In this document: positions 1 through 12,725 of the stretch, one piece after another
How the letters are laid out: every line of letters begins with the position of its first letter
How positions within the stretch are numbered: the stretch's first letter is position 1
Source of the DNA: Octopus vulgaris
Taxonomy: Eukaryota
Assembly: GCA_951406725.2 (NCBI GenBank)
Contig: OX597822.1
Coordinates: 116,932,001 to 116,996,000, forward strand
Length of the DNA stretch: 64,000 nt
Direction of reading: 5' to 3'
Notes under the pieces: generated by a model
What the model was told of the DNA's origin: nothing
Databases searched by the model: none
Seen by the model: the letters and a program-made list of their open reading frames with translations, nothing else
Translations under genes and position numbers: made by a program

Positions 1-59
<59 letters not shown>

Positions 60-65
60 CTATCT
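1..65. repeat. (TC)n/(TCTA)n microsatellite
   Basis: Seen directly. Confidence 0.95.
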
Positions 66-208
66 TTCCCCTTTCTCTCTCTCTCCCTTTCATGACTCTT
101 GAGTAGCCCATGTTTTTTTCGTACCACCCTTCATCCCTGCATTCCACCAACCCACTTTATTCTCTTTACCATATTTATCTACATCAACCATTCCAAACCA
201 CAGCCACT

Positions 209-254
<46 letters not shown>

Positions 255-497
255 CTGCCAAGACCAAGACCAAGGTTCCCACCACCACTACTGCCACTGT
301 CACCACCAGCATCACCACCACCACCACCACCACCACCTCAGCCGGCACCAGCAGCACCACCTTCGTCAGTGTCAGTACCACCACCACCATCACCACCACC
401 ACCACCACCACCACCACCACCACTACCACCACCACCATCACCACCACCACTATCATCACCATTGCCACCAAAGTCACCTCTGCTACCCCACCACCAC
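209..497. repeat. (CAT)n/(CAC)n trinucleotide low-complexity tract
   Basis: Seen directly; it explains the poly-S/P/T/V ORFs. Confidence 0.9.
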
Positions 498-1289
498 AGT
501 TATGTGACAGCAGGAGCAAGTACCAAACAGATCAGCCTGCCAGCCACACCTACATTAATTCCCCTACACTCAATTATCCCCTCCCCTCCGCATCTCTCCC
601 ACTGCCCTCACTCCACCACCTTCACAGGCTCCTCTTACTCTCTCTCTCTCTCTCTCTCAAGTCTCAACTTCACATGCCATTAGGGAGTTTCCTTATGACA
701 CATCACCCCCAAGGAAAAGGTTTCTAGTAATTCCCCACCATCAAACCAAACCACTACACCAGTTACCCAGTCTCGGTTGAAACTTCCCACTAATTCCAGC
801 ATTGACACCCATACTTCCCACCCTCACCCCCACCCCCACCGCCCTTACCATTCGATTCCCTTCCAAACAACGGCTGGGGTGACAGTAGAAGGCTGACCCC
901 TGCTCCACTCTGACAAAACCAGTGTCTTTGAGCACCAATCCAGCTCCTATCACAGTCAGATGAAATGCCTTATGAGTATTTAGTTAAACCCACTTCACAT
1001 TCTGAGCTGAAAGCCATGCTGAGGTCAGCATTACCGTTAATCCTTTTTGCATTGATAAAATAAGTAACTAATAAAATACTGGGGTTCTGTTAATTGACCG
1101 TAACATGCTCCCACACCATGCCCAAATTTGTAGCGTTGTGTCTGTGTAAGAAAGTATTTAACCATGTAGCATTCAGATTACTCTGTCAAATGTAATGCAT
1201 GTTCATTCACATTGGTTTGAATTAATCATGCATTAATCATGTAGCTTTGAGTTTTCAGTGATGCAATTGCTACTGTTTTGAACGGAAAA

Positions 1290-1850
1290 AAACTGGTACA
1301 CCATTGGTGATGAAGACAAGGCTTCCAGTTGATCCAATCAAAAGAACAGCCTGTTCGTAAAACCAATATGCAAGTGGCTGAGCATTCCACAGACACACGT
1401 ACCTATTTCTTTTCTACCCACAAGAGGCTAAACACAGAGGGGACAAACAAGGACAGACAAACGGATTAAGTTGATTACATCAACCCCAGTGCGTAACTGG
1501 TACTTAATTTATTGACCCCGAAAGGATGAAAAGCAAAGTCGACCTCGGCGGAATTTGAACTCAGAACGTAGCAACGAGCGAAATACCACTAAGCATTTCG
1601 TCCAGCGTGCTAATCACTCTGCCAGCTTGCTGCCTTATATGTACCCTTAACTTAGGGAAATTCAACGTGACCCAGAATGTGACAAGGCTGGCCCTTTGAA
1701 ATACAAGAACTACTCAGTTTTGCCAGCTGAATGAATTGGAGCAATGTGAAATAAAATGTCTTGCCCAAGGACACAACACGTAGCTGGGAATTGAACTCAC
1801 AGCCTTACAATTGTGAGTTGAATACCCTAACACTAAGCCAGCACCTTCAC
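1290..1850 (-). mobile_element. tRNA-headed SINE, family E (interrupted by a family B SINE)
   Basis: Head gcttagtgttagggtattc...gagttcaattccc followed by gtgtccttgggcaagacatttt. Related copies at about 3215-3425, 14225-15113, 15825-15960, 42540-42690 and 51520-51625. Confidence 0.7.
1403..1636 (-). mobile_element. tRNA-headed SINE, family B (Meta-like central domain gcctttcatcctttcggggtcgataaa)
   Basis: About 235-nt unit ggcggcgagctggcagaa...gagttcaaattcc...tagccccttgtgggtagtaaagaaatag. Near-full copies also at 12151-12320(+), 31510-31743(-), 33408-33640(+), 44953-45188(-) and 56297-56518(+). Confidence 0.8.
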
Positions 1851-4199
1851 ATTTTGAATGACATTGTTAGGTACAGGTGAGAGGCCAGATTTAGCCAATT
1901 TAAATATTAAACAGGTAGAAAATTTGGGGTTAAATATGACCTGTTCAAATGCTAAAGGAATCACAACAGCTTTGGATAAAAAGGTCATGCAGCATTTAGT
2001 CCAGCATAGCAGCACATTGGTGGTACATTCCTCCACTCTTTGAAAGCTAACGGCAGAGGAATACACATGACGACTTCTGCCCAGAGTAATACCACGTGTT
2101 TTTCAAAGGCATTTTATCCAGTCGTTGTCTAAATGTCGGAATGTTAACATCTGGTGCCCTTTCATCACTGCTTTGCTTTATCCCATTCAGATGTAGACAC
2201 TAATCTATCGACGAGCTTGTGGCTCATCTAGCTCAACACACTGTGGGATTTATACCTCACCTCACTACCACTCCAAAACTTATTGGATATTTTAGATTTG
2301 CAGCCAAGTACCGGAGCTAACTTCCTTGATGTGCATTAAGGAATTAACTCATGCCCCCTACACCCTATTGTCTTGTACGTTTATCTCTGTTGTGCCAGTT
2401 ACTTCATGTGTGAGCAAGGAGTAAATTATGTTTGTTTACCAAAAGCATTACCTTCTGATTTTAATCGTTACCTTTCTGTAAAACATGCATTTATACATTT
2501 CAGACCTTCTTACGTGCACACATTTAAATATACTTCCTAATCTGGTAAAGCCCAACTCTTAATTCACCTCTTGTACACTCCTTATGCTTTCAGCTCAGAT
2601 CTTGCCGAGGTTAATTTTGTTTATCATCCTTTGGGGTTGATAAAATAAAGGACCTGTTGAGTATTGCTATTGATTTAACTGACAACTTACCTCCCAAATA
2701 ATTACTGCTCTTGGCCCTGTTGGATAAAATGGTCAGGGTCGTTTCTTCCAGCTGTTTACATTCTGAGTTAATATTCCACCAAGGAACCCTTTCAGGGTTG
2801 ATAAAATAAAGTACCAGTCAAGTGCTGGGACTCAACGTAATCATAACTCTTTCTTCATAGTTACTAGACAGAAGTAAAGAAAAAATCCCACCTACCTGCC
2901 CTTCCCAGTAAAAAGAAGGTAGAGTAATTCCCATCATAGAATTGGTTGACAGCTAGATCTGTCCTACTTGCGACAATAGCTATTGGACACCTCGATGAGT
3001 CACCAATGTTTGTACACTGAGTGTGTGCTTAATGAGTTTTTTTATTGCTCTACAAACATTTCAGACAGGCCCAGTAAGGTTTAAAATGACAGCAACAATA
3101 GCAATAATGGTTTCTTTTAATTGCCATTAGGACATTATTGGATGAAAGGGTACATAAGAAAATCTAGTTATATAGGGTGTGGTGGATTTCCATAAAACCT
3201 GAATACGATATGCCTGGCACTCCATGAGTTATGAAAACAGGCGTTCCGGTTGATTCGATCAACAGAACAACCTGCTTGTGAAATTAACGTGCATGTGGCC
3301 GAACACTCCACAGACATGTGTACCCTTAACATAATTCTCATGGAGATTCAAGCATGGCACAGTATGTGACAAGGCTGGCCCTTTGAAGTACAGGCACAAC
3401 TCATTTTGGCCAGCTGAGTGGTCTGAATGAATGAGATATAAAAGCATACAAATAAATGCTGATACAGGAAGACCCAAAACCAGGGCCAACCAATGGAACA
3501 CCAAAATCAAATACCCTCTCTCTCTATTGTCAATATTATTGATCTCTAACATAGACACAAGCTAAGAGTATAATGATTATTGTCGTTGTATCATTCATTT
3601 GCTCCCACCTTCCTTTCTATTAACAAAACGGTTTCCCTCTTTCCTTTTCTCCAGGTCAGAATGAAACTCACATCTAACATGTATTCTATTGCCTCGTCAT
3701 TTACCTTCTCTAATGACCAGCCATTGGCCAACGAGTGTCAGAGATGGCATCATTAATGACCAGAAAAAAAGAAATGTTATTCTTGCCACAAAAAGTAAAT
3801 ATACAAAGTCATGTGCTGCCATCTTTGACTAGGAACAGCTGTTGGCTGTTGGTCAAACATGGTACCTGGCTATGACGTAGAATCACTCTGCTGCATGGGA
3901 GAGATTGGTTTCATCCAAATCAGACAGGTCAGCTGTGTTAAGGTCCATTTTCTAGGTGAATGCACATTTAAGTAATGAGGCTCAAAAACAACAACAGTGA
4001 AGTACAGAAGTGGAAATGTGGACGTTTCAGGGAAGTTCACCTTCTCCCTCAGCATTACTTTTTGTGATTGCATTAACTCATCCAACAAGCATACTTAGAA
4101 AATCCAGGCCTATCTGTGAGCTTGCTGAAATGAGGGTGGAAATAAACAATTTGTTACATTTGCAGGAAAAATGGAAAAGACTTGGATTCTCTTGTATAA

Positions 4200-5290
4200 A
4201 CAATAAGAATATTTAGCAAGACAAGGAAGGTGCTTGATACAAAACTAACAGAAAGGGATGTCATCGAGGCAATAAAAGTGTGAGTCATGTCTGTGTGTGT
4301 TTTAAAAACAGGCAAAGACAGAGCTACAGGAATTGGGCAGAAGAACTAGGAAGCTGCTCCCAGTGCATGTTTATAAGCTTATCAAGAAGAGGAGGAGGTA
4401 GGAGTTTGTTAAATGCAGAAGATTATTATTGCTGTGATAAACTATGTTGTATATAGCGAAGAAAGAATGTTATCTGTGGCCAGAAATATTGAAGTAGTCA
4501 CTGAAACAATAAGTGAATGCAAGAACAGAAGGAAGAATAATAGAACAAAAAGTTGGAAAGAGAAAGAATTGCATGGTCAGTTTATGCAACAGACTATGTT
4601 GGAAGTGAAGAATGCTGCTTGTGGCTGATAGATGGAAACCTGAAATGAGAAACTGAATCATTGATAATAGCCTTTCAGAAGCTAGTGATTAGAATGAATT
4701 TGATAAAAGCAAAGATGATAAAACTCAGTCAGAGAGCAAACGCTGAATGAGTGGAAAAGGGGAGAAAAGTATTAGCCATTCCCAAGTGAGTGTAGTATGC
4801 TAGTGCAAAAAGAGTATAAATGCAAGCATTTAAAAGTGTTAAAAGTGTTAGCAAACTTTGTGGATAAGAAGTGACCATAAAAGTAGTATGAATGCATGCT
4901 AGAGACTTTGATAGTAAATGATAATTAAAAGATTTTATGGGATTTCCCCTTGGAGACTAAGCATACTATTGAAGCAAGGAGACCAGATATGATTATACTC
5001 AACAGAAAAACCAAAGTGTAAGATCATAAATTTTCAGTATCACATGATAGTAAAGTGGATATCGAGGTTATTGATAAAACTCAGAAATTTCAGGACATAA
5101 CCTGAGATTGTAGAATATGAGACTGAAAACTGTTGCTATGGTAACTGGTGCATTCAACATAACAGCCAAACTGCTACCTGAGAGGTTGAAGGCCACTGGA
5201 TTTCAGACATGTTCTATAGGCCTGTCTTAAAGTGCTACTCTGTATTTTGTAAGAATCTTAAGAAATACTTTTGAGATTTGAAGAGACGTG
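4200..5290 (+). pseudogene. Decayed R4/Dong-type (restriction-like endonuclease) non-LTR retrotransposon, 3' part
   Basis: Broken frames give WKEKELHGQF, ETESLIIAFQ, ILWDFPLETKHTIEARRPDMII and RILRNTFEI-like ends, typical of R4-clade ORFs. Many stops and frameshifts. Confidence 0.7.
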
Positions 5291-5419
5291 TCTTCATCAA
5301 ACCTCAAGATTACATCCCTGCTAATTAAATTAGCATGCAGCAGCTTTTGTATATTACTACTACTACTACCACTGCCACCACCACAACCACTACATATAAT
5401 AATAACAACAACAACAACA

Positions 5420-6900
5420 ATAATGATGATTTCTGATTTAGGTACAAGGCCAGCAATTTTGAAAAAGGGGGTTGTAGTTGATACTGTCAAACCCAGTACT
5501 TGAATGGTACTTTATTGATGCTTAAGGGATGAAAGGCAAAGTCAGCCCCATTGTGTTTGATGCTCTAACAATTCTGACAATCCCCTGAACTCAACAATGA
5601 CAATAAACAACAGTTTGAAGAAATAATAATAATAATAATTCTTTCTAATTTTGGTACAAGACCAGAAATTTTGGAGAAGGTGCAAGTGAATTACATTAAC
5701 CCCAGAGCTCAACAGATATCAATTTTATCAATCCCAAAAGGATGAAAGACAAAACTGATTTTGGCAGGATTTGAACTCAGAACTTGAAGAGTCAGAACAA
5801 ACACTCTAACAATTCTGCCTGCTCACCCCACTTTAATGGTTCCTCATTTAGGCAGAAGACTAGAAATTCTGAAAGGAGGGATTTAGCCAATTACACTGAC
5901 CCCCAGTACTTGACTTGTACTTTTTTTATTGATCCCCTGGAGGGATGAAAAGTAAAAAAAATGACTTTGGCAAATTTGAGTTCAGAATGTAGGGGACTGG
6001 AATAAATGTTGCAAGATATTTTTTTCACAACTCGAATAATTTTCCCAGCCTTGATTCCTTAATAAAATAAATAATAATAATCGCTTCTCACAGAGATACA
6101 GGACCTGAACTTTTGAAGAAGAGGTGATAATTATATCAACCCCTATAATTGATCGATACTTTGTTTTATTAACACTGGGGGGATGAAACACAGAACTGAC
6201 TCCACTGGGATTTGAACAAAGAACATGAAAAATCAAATACCACCAGGTGCTTTCTTTGATGCTCAAACAATTCCACCAATCCTCTGACCTCAATAACAAT
6301 AATAATAACCCTTTCTACAATAGGAATAAAACCTGAAGTCTTTTGGGAGGAGCAGGGCTTGTTGGTTATATCAGTTCCAGTGCTTAACTGGTAATTATTT
6401 CATCAACCGTGACAGGATGAAAGGCAAAGTCAACCTTGATGACATTTGAACTCAGAACATAAAGATGGACGAAATATGCCAAGCATTTTGTCTGACATGC
6501 TAATGATTCTGCCAGCTTGCTGCCATTAATCTTTCTACTATAGGCACAAGGCCTGAAATTTTTTGTGGGGGGGGGAGCTGGTTGATTATATCATCTCCAG
6601 GACTCAACTTGACCTTAGTGACATTTGAATTCAGAGCATAAAGATGGATGAAATGCCACAAAGCATTTTGTTCTGCCAGTTTTCCACCTTTAATTCTTTC
6701 TGCTACAGGTACAAGGGACAAAATTTAGGAATGATTTGCTAATTGAGTACATCAATTCCAATGCTCAATTGGTTCTTATTTTATCAATTCTGAAAGGATG
6801 AAGGTCAACCTCAGTGGAATTTGAACTCAAAATGTAAAGAGCTGGAAGAAATGCCGCTAAGCATTTTGTCTGGTCTGCTAATGACTCTGCCGTCTTACCT
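5420..6900 (-). repeat. Head-to-tail cluster of about 7 family B-related SINEs with (ATT)n tails
   Basis: Repeated ggcacaaggcctgaaatt...gacccc...aaggatgaaaggcaaagtc...gaactcagaa...ctgccagc units, often separated by (AAT)n. Confidence 0.75.
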
Positions 6901-6909
6901 TGATAAAAA

Positions 6910-7396
6910 CAATAATGTTGCCATGTTTGCTGAACTGAATATAGTAGCTAAATAATGGTAAAAACAAGGAAAATACCAAGACTTAGCAAGGGAAATGGGA
7001 AAACTGCAGAAGGTTTCTGAAAAAAGGAATTCCAGTAGTTATAGGTGCTCTAGGTATACTGTTACCAACAGACCTGGTAGTTTCCTTAAAGAGATCATCA
7101 TCATCATTGTTTAACATCCGCTTTCCATGCTAGCATGGGTTGGACGATTTGACTGAGGGATAGCGAACCAGATGGCTGCACTAGGCTCCAATCTGATCTG
7201 GCAGAGTTTCTACAGCTGGATGCCCTTCCTAACGCCAACCACTCCGAGAGTGTAGAAACTCTGCCAGATCAAGGTTGAAGCCTGGTGCAGCCATCTGGTT
7301 CACCAGCCATTATGAAAATTGCATTAATACAGAAATTTGTTCTGTTAACGACAGTAATGATTGTTGAAAAGGTCCTTGATATCCGAGGAAACTAAA
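6910..7396 (+). pseudogene. Second R4-type LINE C-terminal fragment, split by an RTE 3' insertion (7094-7308)
   Basis: GKYQDLAREMGKL..IPVVIGALG before the insert and IQKFVLLTTVMIVEKVLDI after it. Confidence 0.6.
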
Positions 7397-9220
7397 TTTG
7401 ATCCCTGGTATTTTTTGATCCCAACTGCAACACATTTGTGCTTACCAATAAATGATAGTAACATCTCCATAAGATACATTATTATATCATTTATATATCA
7501 TTAAATGGATATATTACTCTTTTACTTGTTTCAGTCAGTTGACTGTGGCCATGCTGGAGCCCCGCCTTTAGTCGAGCAAATTGACCCCAGTAATTATTCT
7601 TTGTAACCCTAGTACTTATTCTATCAGTCTCTTTTGCTGAACCGTTAAGTTACGGGGATGTAAACACACCACCATCAGTTGTCAAGTGATGTTGGGGGGA
7701 CAAACACAGACACACAAACATATACACACACATACACATATATATATATATAATTACATAATAATTGTGCAGGTATATATATATATATAATTACATAATA
7801 ATTGTGCAGGTGGCACGTAAAAAGCACCCACTACACTCACGGAGTGGTTGGCGTTAGGAAGGGCATCCAGCTGTAGAAACACTGCCAGATCTGACTGGGC
7901 CTGATGAAGCCTTCCAGCTTCACAGTCTCCAGTTGAACCGTCCAATCCATGCTAGCATGGAGAACGGACGCTAAATGATGAATTATTTCTAACAAGGGTC
8001 CACATTTTAGGGAGGGTACGGTTAATTTGAGTACCCTCCCCTCACACACACATACACCAACTAACTGACGAGTACTTTATTTTATCAAACCCTAGAAAGA
8101 TGAAAAGCAATGTTGACCTTTGTGGAATTTGAACTCAGAATGCAAAAATATATAAATAAACATAGCTAAATATCGTAAAAAACATTAAATCCAGTGCTCT
8201 ATTAATTCTGCCATTTATTTTACAAAACACTAATAAAATAAAAGTGAATTTAACAATGGGTGTTATGCATTGAAAGCGACACTGACTCTTATTTCAATAA
8301 TGCTAAATGCAGTTTTACAACAACAACAACAACAGAAAAACAACAGGTCTTTGGAGGAGAAGTTACAGTTGATTTAATCACTCTCAGTATAAGTGTTGGT
8401 ATTTAGTTTATTAAACTTGGAAACATTTAACCGTTTAGCATTCAGATTACTCTGTTAAATGTAATGCTTATTTATCACATTGCTTTGAATATACCATGCA
8501 TTATCTTGCAGCTTTGAAATTTTGATGATGGGATCATTATTTTTAGAATGACATTGTAGGGTAGATGTGAAAGGCCAATTCTGGCTGGTTTAAATGCTAA
8601 GGGGTCAAGGGAAAAGGAATTCTCAAAGGGCTTGAACTAGAAATGTAAATGGATGCAACTAAATACCACATCACATTTCTGGCAATTCATTATTCATATG
8701 TATCATCATCATCATCATCATCATCATTTTAAATCCTCTTTTTCATGATCCCATGGATCAGATGCAGTTTTTGAGGCAGATTTTCTACAACTAGACTTCC
8801 TTCCTGTTGCCAATCTTTACCTGTTTCCAAGCAAGGTAATATTTTCCAATAGTCAGATATGATTTTGCAAAATATTGGAAATGAATAATTCACTTGTATG
8901 ACAGTGACACTCACATACAATTGGCCAATGACCCCTGTCCCTCTCAAAATTCCTTGTTCTTGCAGGTTATTTGGTGACCCTGCCGGTGCTGGTGCCTGTT
9001 AAAAAGCATCCAGTCCAGACTGCAAAGTGGTTGGCATTTGGAAGGGCATCCAGTTGTAAAACATCATGCCAAAACTGACCTTGCCTGCGCTTGTGCCATG
9101 TAAAAAGCACTTAGTCCACTCTGCAGAGTGGTGGGTGTTAGGAAGGGCCAGCATAGAAGACAGGTGTTAAATGATGATGATGATGGTGATGAAACCCAAA
9201 CATTCACACACATCTATATA

Positions 9221-9782
9221 CAGGGTTATTCAAAGAGAATGAACCAATTTCATTGCACAATATTTTAATAAGAAAAAGCAAATGAAAACTCCAGCTGAGT
9301 CCCAAGTATTTACTCCCAATCAACTTTTATTTCCTGTCTTATGAGTGTTCAATGTGGCCACCACCACCTGCAGCACAGGCAACATCAATGCGAAAAGAGG
9401 ATCCCTGCCAGACGCATATCACGATCCACTGAGTTGATCGCTGTTGTTATTTGATGTTTAAGTTCACAGAGGTTAGTGGGTAGCGGTGGAACGTAAACAC
9501 GATCTTTTACATGAAAATCTTTTACAAGCAAAAATCACACATGGTGAGATCTTGGGACCTCACAAGCCAGTGGATCATGCTATGCTAACACGCATCTGGG
9601 AGGAAGCCTCTTATCACATTGATGTTGCCCATACTGCAAGTGGTGGCCACACTGAACACTTGTAAGACAGGAAATAAAAGTTGATTGGGAGTAAATACTT
9701 GGGACTTGGCTGGAGTTTTTTATTGCTTTTCCTTATCAAAATATTGCGTAATGAAATCTATTCATTATTTCTGAATACCCTG
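9221..9782. mobile_element. Tc1/mariner-derived palindromic element made of two right ends
   Basis: Termini cagggt..ttca / tgaataccctg. Arms of about 200 bp each carry the transposase C-terminus (..IDVA...GGH.EH). The minus strand also shows RSQDLTMCDF and KDRVYVPPLP. Confidence 0.75.
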
Positions 9783-11420
9783 TGTATAAAATTCTGTGTG
9801 TGTGTGTTTCCTCTATTCACAGCCAAACTGCTGGATCAATCTGTACCAAATTTGGCATGGTGGGTTTTCATTACTTAGGGAAGGTTCTGGCAAGGGGTTA
9901 CCCCATCTCTCTATGACCCTTCCGATTCTTTTTTCTGCAGTATAATACCAAATTTGGCATGAAGGTTTTTCATTACTTGAGTAAGGTTGTAGGGATGTTA
10001 AATTTTGGCCCTTACCCATATAGGGGGCTGTAGCCCCCCTCCCACTATATGACCCTTCCAATTTTCTTTTTTGCAGCAGTATAATAGTTTCACTTTTATT
10101 CTTTCACTTTTCATAAGACTATAGTTTCACTTTTATGACTCCCGCGACATCCAGCTGTAGAAACACTGCCAGATCAGACTGGGCCTGGTGCAGCCTTCTG
10201 GCTTCCCAGACCCCAGTTGAACCGTCCAACCCATGCTAGCATGGAAAGCGGACGTTAAACGATGATGATGATGATGACGTCTAACTACCTTACACTTCAC
10301 TTCCAGATGTAAACATAGAAAAGCCCTTTCGCCCGCCAGCTTTGTGCAAGTCCTCAATTAGGAAACAATTTCCAGTTGAGTGATTTACATTCAACACTAC
10401 CTTAATTTCAACCGGCCACATCTGCAAACTGCCCCAATACTGTATTTCCTCTTCCCTCTTTCTTTCTGTTTGAACTTTTACAAAATCTATAATTCCTGTA
10501 CCAACACTCAGAACACTTAATTTTTTCTACGCAATATACACTGTAGGATATCTTTCAATTTATACAATAAACTTTATAAATTTTAAAGTTCAATATTCCT
10601 GTGACATAAGTTAGAGATATTGACATGAGTTATTCAAATGATTGTTCGTGGAATGGACCTAATAAATTCAGCCAGAGGACACTTGAGATTTCATATCTAA
10701 ATCTGATGTGACTATCTCTGCTTGGATATTAGTCTTACCTCAGATTCGAAATCGACTCTACATTTCCGCCTTAGCCATATTGGCCTATTGTTCTGTCAAG
10801 AACAAATGCATATTTATGTGTACCCCCCCCCCACTCATTCTTAACCATTTCCATCCCATGAACAGTTGAAATGAGTGACCAACATTAAATTATCCATTGT
10901 TAGACTAGTTTTTCTACCAAGTACAGTATCTACAACATTCACCATGTGTGTGTATGGGTTTCCTCTATTCACGGCCAAACCACTGGATCAATTTGTACCA
11001 AATTTGGCATGAAGGTGTTTCATTATTCGAAGAATATTCTAGGGTTTTTTTCCCAGTGGTTTTATTCTTTCATTTTCCATAACTCTAGAATAGATACCAA
11101 ATTTGGCATGAAGGTTTTTCATTAATCAGGAAAGGTTCTAGGCGGTCAAATTTTGGTACTTGCCCATAGGGGACTGTAGCCCCATCCCTCTATACAACCC
11201 TTTTCTTTTCTCATGGGCAATTATATATAGGATGTTCGTGAGTTGGAAGTCTCAAAACTTTTTTTATTTGTACCCCAATTAAAGGATACACTGAAAATAT
11301 TGTATATTTAGAAGTTCTTCAAAATTAAACTGTGATTGATTTCAGGATTTGTTTTAATAGCTTTGTTTATACTCAGGTCATCTGATAGAATTTTTCTGAA
11401 AATATCTTTCTTTATCAGAA

Positions 11421-11778
11421 GGAGCAGGAGTGGTTGTGTGGTAAGTAGCTTGCTTACCAACCACATGGTTCCAGGTTCATTCCCACTGTGTGGCACCTTG
11501 GGCAAGTGTCTTTTACTATAGCCTTAGGCCGACTAAAGCCTTGTGAGTGGATTTGGTAGACGGAAACTGAAAGATGCCCATCGTATATATGTATGTGTGT
11601 GTATATGTTTGTGTGTCTGTGTTTGTCCCCCCAATAATAATTTGGTTCGGCTAAAGAGACCAATAGAATAAGTATTGGGCTTCCAAAGAATAAATCCTGA
11701 GGTCGATTTGCTCTACTAAAGGCAGTGCTCCAGCATGGTCGCAGTCAAATGACTGAAACAAGTAAAAGAGTAAAAGAG
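11421..11778 (+). mobile_element. tRNA-headed SINE, family A (about 390 nt when full length, octopus-type)
   Basis: Box A tggctgtgtgg, box B ggttcagtcc, CORE-like ccttgggcaagtgtctt, internal (TA/TG)n and a (GTAAAAGA)n tail. Further copies at about 7515-7740(-), 17414-17800(+), 18815-19192(-), 19208-19590(-), 25616-25980(-), 43718-44082(+), 45369-45770(+), 47902-48297(+), 53632-53999(-), 56083-56570(-) and 56773-57310(+). Confidence 0.85.
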
Positions 11779-11798
11779 AATAAATATATTCATTTCCT

Positions 11799-12030
11799 TC
11801 AACTCTTTTTTGTTACTGTATTTATTTTGAGATGCTCTGTGTGTCTTTCAATTAATTTCAAATATAAAAAAAGAATTCAGTAAAATAACTTAGTTATCAT
11901 TAAGCTGATGTTAGGAACATAAATTGTGACTAAAGTTTGGTGGAAGATTTTAATTCAAAACTTATGAAAACAAGACATTTATACTATAGATCCAGAGGCA
12001 GTTTCAGCCAAGTTGGTATCAAAAGGGTTA
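11799..12030. mobile_element. Second TTAA-type MITE
   Basis: Degenerate left end ttcaactctttttgttac and right end ggtatcaaaagggttaa. Confidence 0.5.
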
Positions 12031-12378
12031 ACATTCTTTAAACTTCAAAGCAATGCCAGGTACTTAGGCTAGTATATGATATGAATGACTTGTAGGGACG
12101 AGGTATACCATTATGCAACCATGACATACTATAAAGTATATGAAATGTAAAGGCGGCGAGCTGGCAGAAACGTTAGCACGCCGGGCAAAATGCGTAGCCG
12201 TTACGCTCTGAGTTCAAATTCCGCCGAGGTCAACTTTGCCTTTCATCCTTTCGGGGTCGATAAATTAGGTACCAGTTTGTCCCCTCTGTGTTTAGCCCCT
12301 TATGGGTAGTAAAGAAATAGATATGAAATGTTTCTATAAGTCAATACCACATTCTACTGTGTTAGCAGGGCTCTTTAC

Positions 12379-12671
12379 ATCACTTGTTCAGGTTTTCTCT
12401 ACAGATATTTCATAGAAATTATAGTCAGCACTAGTTTTTGTGACAATGTTTCATACCTGAGATGCAAGATGTAAACAGTCAATGAGATTAAAGGTGAAAA
12501 AAAGGTAATGGGCACAGATGCCATATTTCGGGAGTTTTTGACCCTTCATCAGCACTCATCTAACTCCTCATTGTTTGTTTACATCTGACATCTCAAATAC
12601 GAAACGTAACAAGAATCAGTGCTGGCTATAATCTCTACGGAATATCTGTAGAGAAAATCTTAACAAGTGAT
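12379..12671 (-). mobile_element. Fold-back element (about 105-bp inverted arms) with a hammerhead-like core in the spacer; Penelope-type
   Basis: Arms 12379-12486 and 12567-12671 are imperfect reverse complements. The minus-strand spacer reads CTGATGA-AGGG..CCC-GAAA. Adjacent to (TG)n(TA)n. Confidence 0.55.
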
Positions 12672-12679
12672 AAATAACA

Positions 12680-12725
<46 letters not shown>

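Larger units (their letters stand above)
1158..1958 (+). mobile_element. TTAA-type (piggyBac-like) MITE split by a nested SINE-in-SINE insertion
   Basis: ttaacc..tagcattcagattactctgtcaaatg... resumes at about 1855 and ends aaatgctaaagg. Same family at about 8428-8608, 26290-26504, 50455-50815, 51125-51335, 52378-52569, 54252-54475, 57820-58053 and 61494-61560, with TTAA-CCC...GGG-TTAA termini. Confidence 0.7.
9213..12072 (+). mobile_element. Non-autonomous Helitron-like element carrying nested insertions
   Basis: 5' TCTATATA..TAAAATTCTGTGTG (split by the 9221-9782 insert), four internal taccaaatttggcatg repeats, and a 3' gcaatgccaggtac...gctag end. Confidence 0.5.

Noticed and set aside
99-727. 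Long Pro/Thr/Ser/Val-rich ORFs (mucin- or extensin-like)
   Set aside because: Open in several frames and on both strands only because of (CAT)n/(CAC)n repeats; no domain or splice support.
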